Shown here piece by piece: positions 49,766 to 63,550 of a stretch of DNA of 64,000 nt. The DNA comes from Euglena gracilis (taxonomy: Eukaryota), in the NCBI GenBank assembly GCA_039621445.1, contig CP154954.1, positions 23,882,954-23,946,953 on the forward strand, given 5' to 3'. Numbering within the stretch: the first letter of the stretch is position 1; each line of letters begins with the position of its first letter. The position numbers and the translations under genes were made by a program. The notes under the pieces are model-generated. The model made no database searches. It had not been told where the DNA came from and saw only the letters and a program-made list of their open reading frames with translations.

Positions 49766-52441
49766 CTTCGGATGCACTCCAGCCGGGTGTTCTGATGCAC
49801 ATTCCGGAATTGACCGCCAAGGTTGGGGGCAAAGACCGCATGGGGCTCTCATTCAAGCTTGGGGGGCGAATGGCACATCGATCACTCACAATGTGACAAC
49901 GCGAAGAAGAAGCAGAGGGCAGGTTGTACGGTGCAGGAAACAGGGGAGCAGGGGAGCGGAGGACGGCGAGGGGGAGCCTTCTGGAGCCGGCGAGGGGCGA
50001 CCAGGGCTGCACGGGAAGGCCTGGGGGTCGACCCCCCCACCCGGGAGTTGTGAGGGGTGGTCGAACCCCCCACCCACAACATCATTTTTACTAGTTTTTT
50101 TTACAAATTTTTCCTCAAAAGTTTTTGGGGTCGAAAATAGGTGCGCCCGGAAATACGGGAGGAGGTGGTGGGTGGGGGGTTGATCCCCCCCACCCACCAC
50201 CTTGGCCGATTCCCGTACTGCCCTGGGAGCAACTGGAAATCATCCTTCCGGCGGAGGAGGGCACGGCAGGTTGGGCGGGGAGGACGAACGGCCCAGCAGG
50301 GTCCAGGGAGATCCTTGACATGAAAGGTGGAAAAAATGCCGTCCCCCCCCCCATGCCATAAAAACGGCATTTAAGAAAGGGGTCGAAAAGAGTCGGCATG
50401 GTTTGGCAAAGAGGTCGATATTAGGGGGGGGGGATGGTGACTTCTGGCATCCTTGGACCATCGCCAATCCACCCAAAACGTCAAAAGAAATGCCGATTTC
50501 GACCTGTTTCCGGCCCCGGATGGCCCTTAGGCCAAGGGGGGTTTTAAGGGGCGCTCCATAATTCCAAAAAAAACCCTTCGTGGAAAGACCGATCTGCCGG
50601 GGTCTGTGTGTGTAGCCATGGTGCTGGCCTCAGGGCGTCGGGAGAGGAGGACGGGGGGAGAAGGTAGAGGGGGGGAGGGCACCACCCTCTGCGTGGGCGG
50701 CGGGGGCTGTGGCACGGAGGCGGGGGGGGGAGGGAGGGGGGGCTGGTGGTGGTGGCCGGGGGTGTTTGAGACCACGCGCCTCCCCCGCAGGACGTTGCTT
50801 AAGGGGGACTCTTGGGCCTGGCCTGGCCCAGGGCCATACACTGGGGGAGGGGGGTCTGGACGCACCCACCCACCAATCCAGCACCGAGGGTCAACCTGTT
50901 GAGGGAGGAGGATTGTGGGATCTTTTGCAGACCGAAAGATTAGGGGGGGGTCGCTGAGCTCTTATCCCTTTATAGGTAAGAGCGAAGCTTACCCCTGGGG
51001 AAAAGGGGGGGGGTCGGACCCCCGCCTTCCCCCCCCCCGGGTCGGGGCCACCTCAGGAACCAGCGAATTATCACCATGATCCCAGCTCCGTTCCCGGAAT
51101 TTTTTTTCAGTCGCGAGCGACTGGATTTCTAGTTTCCGAATCACCTCCGTTTGACCCCAACTCCCCGCCAGGCCCAAGTTATTCACCCGCGAAGGGGTCC
51201 AAACTGGGTAGGATTGTCCTGCCCCCCCCCCTCTTCCGACTCTGCCATTTCGCTGGGGTCCAAAAATCGGTCAAAAAAATGATTTTTCGAAAATATCTCG
51301 AGAAACGAAGCAATGTTTTTTTGGCCTCCCGGACCTGGAAAACCTGTTTTTGAGCCAAAAATGAGCGTTTTTCGACCCGCCGGCGTCCTGTTTTTGGGCC
51401 TGAAACCCAAGGACTTTGGGTCAAAGACGGGTCAAAAAAGTCGAAAAAACCGAAAAAAAATTACCCGAGATGATGTTCTTCGGCCTCCCAGACCCGGAAA
51501 AAACTGGTTTTGAGCCGAAAACGAGCACCAAAACGTACCAAAAATTGCTTCCCACAACTCCCGCGTCCGAGCCACGTTTTTGGTTTTACAGTGAAAAACC
51601 GTGCAAGGTACAGAGCTCAGCACTATTCAAAACCTGGTTATCCTTGGGAAAAAAATACTGGCAGCGAGATGAATAAAAAAAATCTTGCTGCCATGTCGGC
51701 GGCAAGATAGTGTGAGGAACCCAAAAATTTCTTAAGGTGAATTTGACAACCTTAAAAAAAAGAATGCAATAATTTTTTAATACAGCTTGAAAATCATCTT
51801 TAAATTTAATGCATCTTCAAAAATTCATTAATTATTTTGTTCAACTGTCTTAATGTGCTTTGAGATGCTCAGGGGATCTATTTGAAAGAGTGATCTTGCA
51901 AGAATCTTTCTGGACTGAACACATTTGTGCTCTGGCTGAAGACACGTTCTGCTCCCGTGCAACCAGCAAGTGGAGGGAGGAATCGCAAGACGAGGTGGAT
52001 GAGAGGGGAGTGATAGGGTCGGGACGGAGCTGCCGCTCCAAAGGCTCCAAGCGACCAACGTGGCTCGGCTTGGGGGGGGGGGAGAATGCCTGTCGGCGTT
52101 TCTGGAAAAAACCCTTTGGGAGAAGGGGCCCAGGCAATGTGGAACAAACCAGCCAAAAAAAAAGAATAGAACAACTCGACACCTCCCATTTTCCATCATT
52201 TTCTGCCCTTGCCTTGAAATTATGCAACACTATTTCTCTGAATTTTCTGAATCTGAAACCTCAAAAGGTAACATTGTACTTTTTGGGCTTTTTTCGAAGC
52301 AAATGCTGTCTTCGCACCAAAAATGGTTTTTTGTCTGGCACAGGACATCTGCCTGGGCGATCTGGACCACCCATGTGGCAGGGGTAAAACAGAAGTCTGG
52401 ATTAAAGTGATGTAAACTCCATGCGAATCCGCATCAACAAT

Positions 52442-52806
52442 TACCCCCCCCCCCTATGTCCAAGGACCGGTAACCTCTGTCCTCTGACCGGGGGGGGGGG
52501 GGTGGTCGTTGGACATGGGGTCAAAAGAAAGTTGGTGGGTACCTGGGTCCCTACCCACCCAAAAATGCCCAAATTTTCCCTTCTGGCGCTTTGCGCCGAA
52601 AATTTTGGGCAATTTTGACAAATTTTTGTCCAAAAAGTGTCCAAAATGGCATTTTGGCCAAATTTTTGGCCAATTTTTGGGCAAAATTTTTCGTCCCGGC
52701 GCTTCACGCCGGGACCAAAAATTTGGTCAAATCTCCGAAAAGGTGTCCTCTGACGGGCGGGTGGTCATTGGACATAGGGGGGTTGTTAGACATAGGGGGG
52801 GGGGTA
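52442..52806. mobile_element. MITE family with GACATAGGGGG ends (relatives ~44220-44456, ~53215-53470, ~55990-56346)
   Basis: TACCCCCCCCCCTATGTC..GACATAGGGGGGGGGTA inverted ends; shared AAAATTTTCGTCCCGGCGCTT..AAAAGGTGTCCTC body. Confidence 0.7.
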
Positions 52807-55800
52807 CAACGAGGAAAACACTGTGCAACGTGGCGAGGGCATGTTTGGGGTGAAAAATCTGCCGACCAGGCAACCGGGAAAAAGAGCCACCCGAAGCGCG
52901 GGCTGAAGGAGGGGGAGATGGAAAGCGGCAGTCACGGCGTTGCAGGCCAGGTCCGAGGCCTCTGTGGAGCGTCACCGACGATGCGGCACCCGGGGAGGGG
53001 GGGCAGGCAGCCGGAGTGGAAGGGAAGGGCCAGGAATGCCAACACTGACCCCAGGCGAGCACTTGGGCAGAGTGGGAAAAAAGATTATGTTAGTTGCCGA
53101 TCCAAGACAAGATTCAAACGGCTCCAAAAAATTCAACGTGTGCATATTTTGGGCTTGCGCGGGGGGGGGGGGGTCAATTGGAGAAGGGGTCTAAAAAAAG
53201 GTCGATGGGCACCCGGGACTCCACCCCCCAAAAGGGTCAAATTTTTCCTTCCGGGGCTTTGTGCTGAAAATTTGAGCTATTTTACATATTTTTTGCTCAA
53301 ATAGTGCCAAAAATGACATTTAAGCAAATTCTTGGCCGATTTGGGGGAAAATGTTTCGGTCAAACGCTTCATGACCGGCCAAAAAAATGGCCAAACATCC
53401 GAAAAGGTGTCCTCGCTGGGGGGTGGTCATGGGACATGGGGGGGGGGTCGTTGAACATAAGTGGGGGGGGGGTTCCTGGCAGGTTAGGCCACATCATCTC
53501 AGTTATGTTGAGACTCTGTCACCCAGCCGTCAGTAAAAAAAATGCAAGTCTGTCCGGGGTGAGAAAATTAATGCCCAATGCTTTGAAACTGTTTTCTCTC
53601 CTGTACTCCTGTGGTTCTGTCTTGATTTAGATGGTTCGGTCGCGGGCGCAAATTGACCAATTATTCCTAGGGAAAAATACTGAAGGCCAGAGCAGAGTGG
53701 ATGCACAGCGTCTGGGAGGGGTAAGAAGCGTGTCAGAGTATTGCATTACAATGGGATCCCCTGCACTTTCTTTGGCCCCGTGAACGCCGTGTTTTGGAAG
53801 TCAGTAAATCCATCCATTCGCGGCCAAGGTTTCTGTGCTGCTAATGCCAGCAAGGTCCAAGGTCCGAGGGAGGGGGAGAGGCAGAAAGGGAAGATGGGGA
53901 AACAGAAAAGGGACTCCAGTGCTGATGTATGTCTGCTGTCTGGTTTGCGTGTGCGCGGTGCAGGGCGGGCCGCTCCTTATCCAGAGTCCCAATACCTGCT
54001 GAACCAATCCCAACACAATTTATATTTTTTGGTGTTTGCACCGGGGAGGGAAAATCAGGCATGATCAAATTTGCTGCAGTGAAATCTGCAGCAAATTGTT
54101 GCATCCCCACCTGGGCCCCAAGATTTAGCCGCTGGCCCCTTGAGCATAGCCACAAAAACACACAAAAAGAAAAGGAGTAAGTAACCGAGAGGAGGCGCAG
54201 GCTCAAAAGCTGAACAAGGCAGTGACACTGCAGCGCACCACAACATCACAGCACTGAAAAAGCTCAGAACACTTTGTCACTCCCAAGGAACTGCACATAA
54301 ACAGGAAACACTGAAAAAATATATATTACGACTAAGAACCTCAGAAAATGCAGAAAACTTTTGGGGAAAAAATCCAAACTTGCGGGGGTTGTGGGGCGGA
54401 GCACTTTATTTTGTTTCCTTTTGTGAACAAAATAAAAGATGAGCCCATTAAACAAACAATCCATTTCAAGCACAAGAAAGGGACAGCCCACTCGCAGAAA
54501 GTCATCACAGCGAGAGAGCAGGGCGGACAGGAGAATGATTGCATGAGCAAACCGAGGGGTTGCGAGCAGGCTTTTGTTTAAGGACCCCGGGGGGGGGGGT
54601 ACCGGCGGCTAGCCAAACGGCTAGACACTGGAAAAAGTGGACTAGCTAGACCCCCCTCCCCCGGGGGGGGGGGGGTCCGGGGGTCCCCCGAACTGGAAAA
54701 AATTTTCTCCGGCGCTGCGCGCCAGAGGAAAAATGAGGTTTTTAATAGGTTTTGGGCTGATTTTGTTCCAAAAATTCCCAAAAATGGCCAAAACCGGGCA
54801 TTTTGGCCATTTTGGGGGGTCTCAAAAAAATTTCGGCGCTTCGCGCCGGTCACTGGAAAAAAAATTCCACTAGCTAGCCCTGCTAGAAATCCCACTAGCC
54901 AAATTTGGACTAGCTGCAGTCCAGCCCCCCCGGGGGGGGGGGGGGTACTGCAATCCCTTAAGCAAAAGCCTGGTTGCGAGGTGGGTGGGTTGGCGAGCAG
55001 CGGATGGGACAGCTACAAAGATGGGAACGCCTCTGTCCACCAGCCAAATCACAGGGCAAAGGGCAGGCTGGAAGGACACAGCCAGGCAGGAGGGGGTAGT
55101 TTGGGAAACAATTGGTTGGAAGGAGCTTTTTTTTGCCCACCTGCCTGCCTGTACGAACAACATCGTTGCCCCAGTGGCGGGCAGGGAAGGAATTGTTGGG
55201 AAAGGTCGAAAACCTCCTCATATCTGGCACTCCTCCACACAAATGTTGCAATAGTTCACATTATTACGTGTATGGGCAGGATTTGCAGCACCACCTTCAT
55301 CTGACTGAATGTCCAAGCCAAAAGAATTGCAACATCAAAAAAACCCTCCCTCAGTTGCTCTGAATGAATCCTTCAGGTCGCCGCTCGAATGAAACTTCTT
55401 CTCGCTTCATCTTCATGCTATTTTCAAAAATTACCAGAAAGATATGCACCAAGCAGGGCGTTTTTTAACGACCCCCCCCTCCCCGCAAGGGGGGTCCAGC
55501 TCAGAGGATGGCTGGAAAAAGGCTGTTGGCTGGCCAGCCCAATTCCGACCCATTTTTGCCCATTTTTGGCCCATTTTTGCACCTCCAAACGGCAATTATT
55601 CATCACCGTACGGCCGCCTTTTTGGCGGTTGGAAAATACAACTCATCGATGGGAGGAGGGGGGGTCCGAGGCTGGAAACAGGCTGTTGCTGTTGGCTGGC
55701 TGGACCCCTATTGGGGGGTGGGTCAATTTTTCTTGACCTCCACCCTGGCACCAAGGAAATCCTCGCAGACGCTGCACAGAGGCGCCAATCACATGTTGCA

Positions 55801-58625
55801 GAAAGCAGCGATGCAGCAAGCGATTGAGTTGGGTCTCACGGCTCAGACTGGCACTAGGCCGCTGAGTGACGACCAGAAACAGAGAAAAGAATTCGCAATT
55901 GAACAATCATTTTGCTATCACTTTTCTGCCCGTCCAGTGTGATTCCATGCTGGGACCTGACACACAATGTCACAACAATCAGGCTTTGGCTTACCCCCCA
56001 ATGTCCAACCACCGGTAGCCTTCTGTCCTCCAACCAGGGGGTGGTTGTTAGACATAGGGTTGTGACCAAAGATGGTGTTCTCCAACTGGGCGGTGGTCGT
56101 TGGACAAGGGGTCCAAAACAAAAAGGTCGACGGATACCTGAGACCCCCCCAAAATGTCAAAATTTTCCTTACAGCACTTCAAGCCGAAATTTTTGGGAAA
56201 TCTGACAAATTTTTGCCCAAAAAGTACCAAAAAAGGCACTTTGGCCAAATTTTGGCAAATTTTGGGCTCAAAAATTTTCGGCCCGGTGCGCCAGGACCAA
56301 GAATCTGGCCAAACCTCCGAAAAGGTGAAACCTCGACATAGGGGGTAACCAACCATATCCAGAATATCCGGGGGGGAGGGGCTCTGTTATAGGGTGCCTG
56401 CCCAAAATAAGACTGCCAGAAAAGGTCGGCTCTGCATCTGGACCAGGCTGTTTTTTTTACCAACCCCGGGGGGGGTCCGGAGTGCCTGCCCAGGTAGGCA
56501 CTACCCCCCCCCCGGGAGGTCAGATTTCGGCCTGTGCCCAGGCACATTCCTTTGAAAATAGGTCATTTTTGGCTCCCCGGCGTCTTCGGCGCCGGGGTTG
56601 TGCTAGGGCACTTTTGGCCGTGTGCCCTACCCCTTAGTTGCACTAAGGCTTCTTGTCTGTTTATGGCCGGCGCTAGCTTCGCTTCTGGCCCAGTTTGCTG
56701 CGTGGTGAGTGGCCAGGGACCCCTTACACCAGTCCTCTTTTGTTGCTCCCCCTGGCCGGGTGAGTAACTCTGGTGTAATTCCAGCGCTGTAGGGACATAC
56801 ACTCACCTTGTGTGGTTGGTGTGGTTCCCGTGGGTGGGTCTACACCCTTGCGCCCCAGTGCTGCTCTTGCCTCCTGCCCTCTTCCCACTTTTCTGTGTGG
56901 GGGATGCATGGCGCAGGCACAACGCCATGACTTGAAAAATTCCAATGTGGCCTCACGGTCCCGCGGCTTAGGTAAACCCGGGTCACCAAGTCTCGGCCTT
57001 AGGGCGGGTGGCGGGTGGGTAGTGTGCTGCTGGGTACCAGTAGTTCCTTACATACTGGTACCTGCGCTCCATGCCCTGTCCGGGGTTGGTTTGGGCGGTC
57101 CTCTGCCTCCGGGACCGGATTTGGAGTGCCTTGGAGTGCCTGCCCATGCCCAGGCAGGCACCCCCCCCCCCCCGGTGTGGGGTCGGCACCCGACTAAAAT
57201 ACGGCCTGATCTGGACGTGGTAGGACTACAAAATTGAACCTTGAAAGTCGCCTGTTTAGGGCCTGCACGGGCTTCACCCCCTCCCCCTCCCCTGCCCCAC
57301 GGCTTCTCAACCCGGGGGTCATGTGCATTGCCTTAAAACGACTGGTGGCACATGGGGGGGGGGGGCTTCAATCAGCCAGCGAAGCTACAAACTTGAGGAT
57401 GCATGAGAGGGAGGAGCACACACAGCCTTCTGTCCAGCGGTGTGGGGTGGGGAGGGGCGAGCTACGAGATGAAGGGGAGGAGCCGGAGGGCGATGGACAC
57501 GAGAGCAAGGGAGGTCCGAAGCGTGCAATTGCTGGCCGGCATGAGGAGGAGGGTCGCTGGCAAAAACAAAGTTCCCCCACAAGCTCCACAAGACAAGGAG
57601 TAGCGACCACTTTAAGGAAAAGCGAGCACCCCTCATGCAACTCCCACTCAGATTTGGAGGGGTTGCTGAAAATGGGTGACAAACTCTATGAGAGAGACAA
57701 TCAAGGCAACTGTCAACCATTTTGCAGCCAAATTCATCATGAAACCTTCTGAGAAGCCAGCATGTTGGATATTTTGCCTGGAAACCCTCTCCACAGAAAA
57801 GAACGATCCAAGCTACCAAGGCCACCTGTTTGCTTTGCTCCACAAAGATGACTTGGCCATTGTCATAAGCAACGATCAACCGAGGTATCTTGGAGATGGT
57901 CACCCTTGGTACATGATGCAACAGTTTTCCAATTGAAAAAAAAAATCCTGTTGCCCACTGTTTGGGCATCGGCGTTGGCCACAATGTCAGGCATAATTAT
58001 TCTCTCAAATTGGGGATATAATTATCTTGGGGATGTAATCATTTACTCGAATTGGGGACATAATTATTCTCTCAAATTAGGACATAATTAATTACTCATC
58101 GGGAAAAAAAACGCAGAAGAAACAACAATTTCAAATTCATTTGGGTCGGAAAGAAATAAAGTGCTGCCAAAAAGTATATGAAAAACTTTGGCCGTTTTGG
58201 GTGAAAATTTTTCGGCCCGGTGCTTTGTGCCGCGCTGAAAATCAGTCACCCGGACCGTGCCACTTTTTAGGTGGGGGGGTCCCCCCCACCTGCCCTTTTA
58301 TCGAAGCCTGGGGTCTGACTGACTTCTCTCCGGGGCATCGCTCAAACTAAAGGGGACGGGGGTTCTTGTGATGTGATCCACCAGGGTGTCCCAATATTAA
58401 AATGGGGCATTCCTCATGATTTGCCATTTTTGGGGATTCAGATTGGGCAGCAATAATAAAGATAGAAATAGTAATTCAGTCGTCAGAGTTGGGTTCGAGA
58501 TTTTAATTCTGCCCAAAGGGTGGCTGGATGGTAATGGTAAGCAAAAGTTTTTTTCCCCTTTGGGAGGTGAAAAAATGGACCGAAATGGATTAGGAAAAGG
58601 GGGCTGGGGACACACAATCACTTGG

Positions 58626-59592
58626 CAGGGTTTCCCACTGATTCGTACTTGGGGACTCCCGAGCCCATTCGTACTTATTTGTACTTATTCGTACTCATTC
58701 GTACTTATTCGTACTTATTCGTACTTCAAAAAAGGGCCATGTATAGCAATAGGTGACCATTTGGTATCTTCCTTGGGCACATCTTCAACGTTCTGAAACC
58801 AGGAAAAGCAAGGAAAACAGGTCATTCATTTGAGAAACTATCCAAATGACGAAATTTGTGGGGAAAAAATCGCGCTGTGAGAAAAAAATACAAAACATTA
58901 CAGGAAAAACACATTCCTTCTTTGCGACTGATGTTGTCCAGCATGCCATGCACGAACAAATACTCAAGATGAAACGAGTGGATTGCTCAATGGTGTGCAA
59001 AGCGTTCTTCGCAGTCACCATTGCAAAACATGCCAACGGCTGCTTGCCGAAGGTTAGATGACATGCGTTGGCGGTTTCTGACATCAATCAGTCCTGCCAA
59101 ACTGAAAGACCATTCAGACCGGGGCAATTCAATTTTGTGAGCAAGGACCCCGGGGGGGGGGGGTCCAGCTGGCTGGCTGGCAAAAGGTGCCAGCTGGACC
59201 ACTGGGAGCTACTGACTGGAAAAAAGGGGCTGTCTTGAACGGACAATGTGGCAATCATCTTGTCCAAATTAACTTGTTTAAAAAGCCGTCATCTTGGCCC
59301 CTCGCTGGGACCCCGAGTGGCAGCTGCATCATTTTCGGAGGGAAAAGAGGACATGAGGCGTCCTGCAGCGTAAGATATGCATCACATACAGAGAAATGTG
59401 AGGGCCCTTCAACTCAGTGCAATGGAGTAGAAAATTGTACCTTTTTCTACTTCGCAATTCGTACTTATTCGTAACTGGGGAATTTTTCATTCGTACTTAT
59501 TCGTACTTATTCGTACTTATTCGTATTTTGGCAGATCTCGGCAATTCGTACTTATTCGTACTTATTCGTGTACGAATCAGTGGGAAACCCTG
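58626..59592. mobile_element. Internally deleted hAT-related transposon with 7-bp TSD
   Basis: 23-bp perfect TIR CAGGGTTTCCCACTGATTCGTAC; TSD CACTTGG; ATTCGTACTT subterminal arrays. Confidence 0.9.
58987..59118 (-). pseudogene. Remnant of hAT transposase C-terminal dimerisation region
   Basis: SEWSFSLAGLIDVRNRQRMSSNLRQAAVGMFCNGD resembles the hATC pattern ER.FS.ag.i....R..l....l...v....N and lies inside the 58626-59592 TIR element. Confidence 0.6.
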
Positions 59593-61708
59593 CACTTGGC
59601 CACTGGCCGGCCCCCTCCCCCCGGAGGACAGAGTGACTGATCAGTCTTTGGCCTGGACCCCCTCCCCGGTTCAGCAAAAAAAAACAACACCAAAGTGACC
59701 TGGAATTTTTTTGTTTTTTTTACATTTATGGTCGGATTTTTCTCGGATTCCAGAGTGGCCAATCCCTCTGGGTAGTGACTGACTGGTTTTCCGGAGGGGA
59801 AAAAAGTGTGTGAATGGTTTTTGGAAGAGTAAAAATGACCCTCTCCGGGGTTCGATAAAACATTGTGTGGCTGGGTCAGCCAGGCAATTTTTTTGTCCTT
59901 TTTTTGGTGAAGGAGCTGCAACACACACCAAGCTGAACCGTTGCTGGGTATGTGGGTTCATGTGTGCAGAATTTTGTCAAAATGCAAAAAAAAAACTCGG
60001 CGCAAAGCGCCAGAAGGAAAATTTTGACCTTTGGGGGGTGATGGGGAGAGGGGGGACACCTCCCACTTAAACCCATACACCCTTCTTATATCGAAGCCTG
60101 TCAGGCCCCAGCCAGCGCGAACAACTGCACGGGCAGGACGTAGAGCAAGAACCCCGAGGCCTTCAGCACCCAGTTGTCCGGCTTGGCCTTGGATGGGCTC
60201 CGGGCTGGGCAAGGCTGGCGCAGAGGGGACCCTGACCTCAGGCCTCCACAGCCTCGGGGGACAATTGGGAATGAGACCACAGAAATGCGGGGGCAGCTGG
60301 GGCAGAACGGGAAAGACGGGAAGAACCCTCACCCAGGAGGTGGGGGGTGACGCCCCCACCCACCACAGCATCTTCACAGATTTTTAAACAAATTTTTCCT
60401 GGCGCCAAATTTTTGGGGTCAAAAATTGGTGCTACGGAAATACGGAAGGAGGTGGGGGGTCGACCCCCACCCACCACCCTGGCTGTTTGGCCGATTCCCG
60501 TTCTGCCCTGGGGGCAACCAGGAACAACACAGCCGTGGCAAGGCTCTGCATCTCTGAGGAGATTCCCCTCACTGGTGGGATCAGGCCTTTGCTTAAAGAC
60601 CCTCGGGGTGGAAGGGGGTAGTCGGTGTCAGGCACGTGACAAAGGAAGCGGCCCGGAGGGCCTGTCCAGACTTCCACAGCGGTTGATCCGGGTTGCATTG
60701 TGCACCGCTTGAAAGCGGGTTTCCATCTGTTGCCGGGAATGGAGGTTTGGGGAGCATCACGTTCCCGCCCTCTCGATGGTTGTGTGGCAAATTAGTGGGA
60801 GGGGGCAAATGGCAGTGACTCAATGGAGGATTCTGGGTAAGTTCCGGTCTTATGCAAAAGAATTGTTTAAACAATCGACAAATGTGGGCAGGAGATTACT
60901 CAAACAAGCAGGAGGCAATAGAACTGGAAGAAACTTTCTTGCAACAATTTGTTGACGGGGAGACAATTTGAATTGGTTCTTTTGATGAGTTCTGGCTGAG
61001 TATGGGAGCTTTATTTTATGGCGAGCAGTTGTAACAAGCAAGAATGAGTATGCAGAATTCCTGTTCATGTTTCTCAACCAAAAGAGTGGTCCAAAAAAAG
61101 CAAAAAGTCAAAATACGAACACAGAAACGACTCTGCAGTGCCAATTTCGCCCTGTCAAAAGGTTTTAAAATCTTAGATCTACTACAATGGCATTTAAAAT
61201 GAATGTCATCATTTTCATGTTAGATGCTAGCACGTTGGCATGGTTGGTGCTGCAACGCAACACCCAGATAATCACTCTGAGAAAAAGAAATACAGCAAGT
61301 GCCACAGGGGGGTCAGGGTTCAAGCTTGGAAGGTGACACCAGGGAGGATGCATATGGAACTCCGAAGCGATTGCGCAAGAAACTGCTTTTAAAAACTGGC
61401 GGCATCGTTAACGGGTGAGCTTCGCTGACTTTCATTCAGTTTTCCCTGAAAATTGAATCACTGGTTGAGTGCTTGAAGGACTGCCCACTATCTGACGCCC
61501 TGGCTTGAATGCCTCCAGGGATGCGCTTCGATGCAACATCCACTGTGCTGTGTTGCACGGTGTTGGTTTGTACTGCATTGGCTGCCAACCTCCCACCGTA
61601 CTTGCCCCCCCCCCATGTATTGTCCAACTTGTCGCCCCCGGTCAGTTGCCACCAATTTGTGCTGCCGAACATCAATCAGCCCTTCCCCTCCCCCCGGGGG
61701 ATCATGAA

Positions 61709-62018
61709 CATGCTTGTGCTTACCGACCGGGGGGGGAGGGGGGGGGTGGGTGCTATAGGGTGCCTGCCCCTAGCAGGCACACCCCCCCCGGGGGGGGGAT
61801 AGGGGTCCGGGCCGGACCCAGAAAATTTTCATTGAAAATGGCCTTTTCCGGGCCCCCGGCGCCTTCGGCGCCGGGGTCGGAGGGGGGTGCCTGCTAGGGG
61901 CAGGCACCCCCCAAAACCCTACCCCCCCCGGGGGGGGTCGGATCGGGTGCTATGGGGTGCCTGCCCCTAGCACCCACCCCCCCCCCGTGGGGTAGGCACC
62001 TGACTAAGCGCAAGCCTG
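61709..62018. mobile_element. hAT-like MITE, sister copy of 34675-34988
   Basis: Same TIRs and body; TSD ATCATGAA/ATCACGAA. Confidence 0.88.
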
Positions 62019-63446
62019 ATCACGAAGCAGTGGCATCCCCAGACTTCAATGCTCAAAGAATTTGTAAGAGCGAAGCCCGGGGGGGCCTCCAGCAGGGGCT
62101 GCTCCGGCTCGGGGATGGGGGCGGACGGGTCTGTCAGCCGCCCGTGGTGGACAGCCCGGGCGTCCTGCTGGGCAGATTGCGGGGCGGCGGTCGCGGCGGC
62201 GGCGACCAGCCGGGTGGTGGCGGGGCCGCGGGCGGGGAGGGTGGGCGACCGCTGGGGGTGGACGGGCGGGTGAGGGGACCGGTGGGCGGAAGCAATTGGC
62301 AACAAGTTGCAAGCCATCAGAGGACAGGTGAGGGAGCGAGTGCAGAAGGTACGGGTTTGGTGTGTACCTTTCCAGGGGACCAGGGGCGTGACTGGTCAAC
62401 TGGAATCAGCAACTGTTCACCGGCATGACTTTTGAGGAGGCTGTTCTGAATCTGAGAAGGGCAGATTTCAACACCTTCCCAAACTGCTCCTGGAAAAATC
62501 AGTATTCAGGAAAGCAGCTGACGATGCTTGTGGCAAATATTTTTGTTTAGATTCAAACAAGAATGCTGATGCGAGAGGTTTTCAGAGGGTGTCAGCGCCA
62601 AGAGCACTGAAATCCTTGACTTTGAAGAATGAACCCTTGTGTAGAGACAGTTCTTTAAAAGGGTAACAGAAAAAAATGCACAGCGCTCCACTTGGTGCCA
62701 GAAACGAGCACTCATTTTTGAGAAATAGCCAAATGTGACAAGGGACAGCTCTGTTGAAAGATCCAGCACTTTCCTTTCAAATCTCTCCAGAGCTGTTGGA
62801 GGAGATGGAAAAACCACCTCCTCGGAGGGAAAATTGTTGAAATGCGACATGGTTTGTGTCTTCAAAAATTGTATATCAAAGCAGCGTCTGACCAACGTTT
62901 CCACAGAATTATCAAAAATGCACAGCCAAAAGTGGCATATTCTTACAAGAAATACAAAATATAATGCACGGCTTGGTTCTGCCAGCCCCTGGATGCGCTT
63001 AATGTGGGGGGAAATAATACATTTCTTCGAGGTCCCTAAAGACTCCCAGAGGTTCAGCCGGCTGGCAGGAAAAAGGTGCTGGGTGGAACCCACCCCCTGG
63101 GGGGGGACCCAAATGGTACAAAACTGGACAGAGCACAACTGTCCAGCTGTCCAAAATGTGAAGGCAAACACCCAAAATCCCTCAGAACACTTTTTGTCGA
63201 AAAAGGAGCAGTCCACAACTGCTATTTTTTTCGGATGGTTTGGGGGGGGGGTACATTGAAAAAAAAAATTAAAAAAGCATTCGCCACCAAATTGCTTTTT
63301 GGAAAAGCGTTAAGCCAATCCATGAATGGTTTTGGGCAGGGAGGGGGAAAAATATCAGTCCATTGACGTTGCAGGTTCAGGTGAGAAATGGACTGGAATG
63401 AAACGCATACATGGCGGGGATGGCGGAGACAAAAGCAGCCGCCCAC

Positions 63447-63550
63447 CCAGTTCGTGCAGTGTGGACTTCTGTTGCATAGCCTCTGCGAACGCTGTGCAGC
63501 CACAGCTTGAGATCCGGTGACCCTCCAGGGACAAGCTATGTAGTTGGCGA
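63447..63550 (-). CDS. Probable exon with an RI-like leucine-rich repeat, part of an unresolved third gene
   Basis: After a CAG acceptor it reads RQLHSLSLEGHRISSCGCTAFAEAMQQKSTLHEL, fitting LxxLxLxxNxIxxxGxxxLAxALxxNxxLxxL with substitutions. Neighbouring exons could not be joined reliably. Confidence 0.45.

Larger units (their letters stand above)
47450..62260 (-). other. Scattered candidate exons of an unidentified minus-strand gene, between transposon remnants
   Basis: Unique, open, often AG-preceded stretches, e.g. ~62085-62250 (RSPTLPARGPATTRL..EQPLLE), ~51860-52090, ~50610-50817 (Pro-rich), ~47600-47683 and ~47450-47567. No family motif recognised and no complete model built. Confidence 0.25.

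Noticed and set aside
54578-54961. Kolobok/piggyBac-like element flanked by TTAA
   Set aside because: TTAA is present on both sides but the ends are not convincing inverted repeats; left unclassified.
57385-57984. 199-aa ORF as a longin-like domain
   Set aside because: Only an impression of secondary-structure pattern, with no diagnostic motif or reliable splice model.
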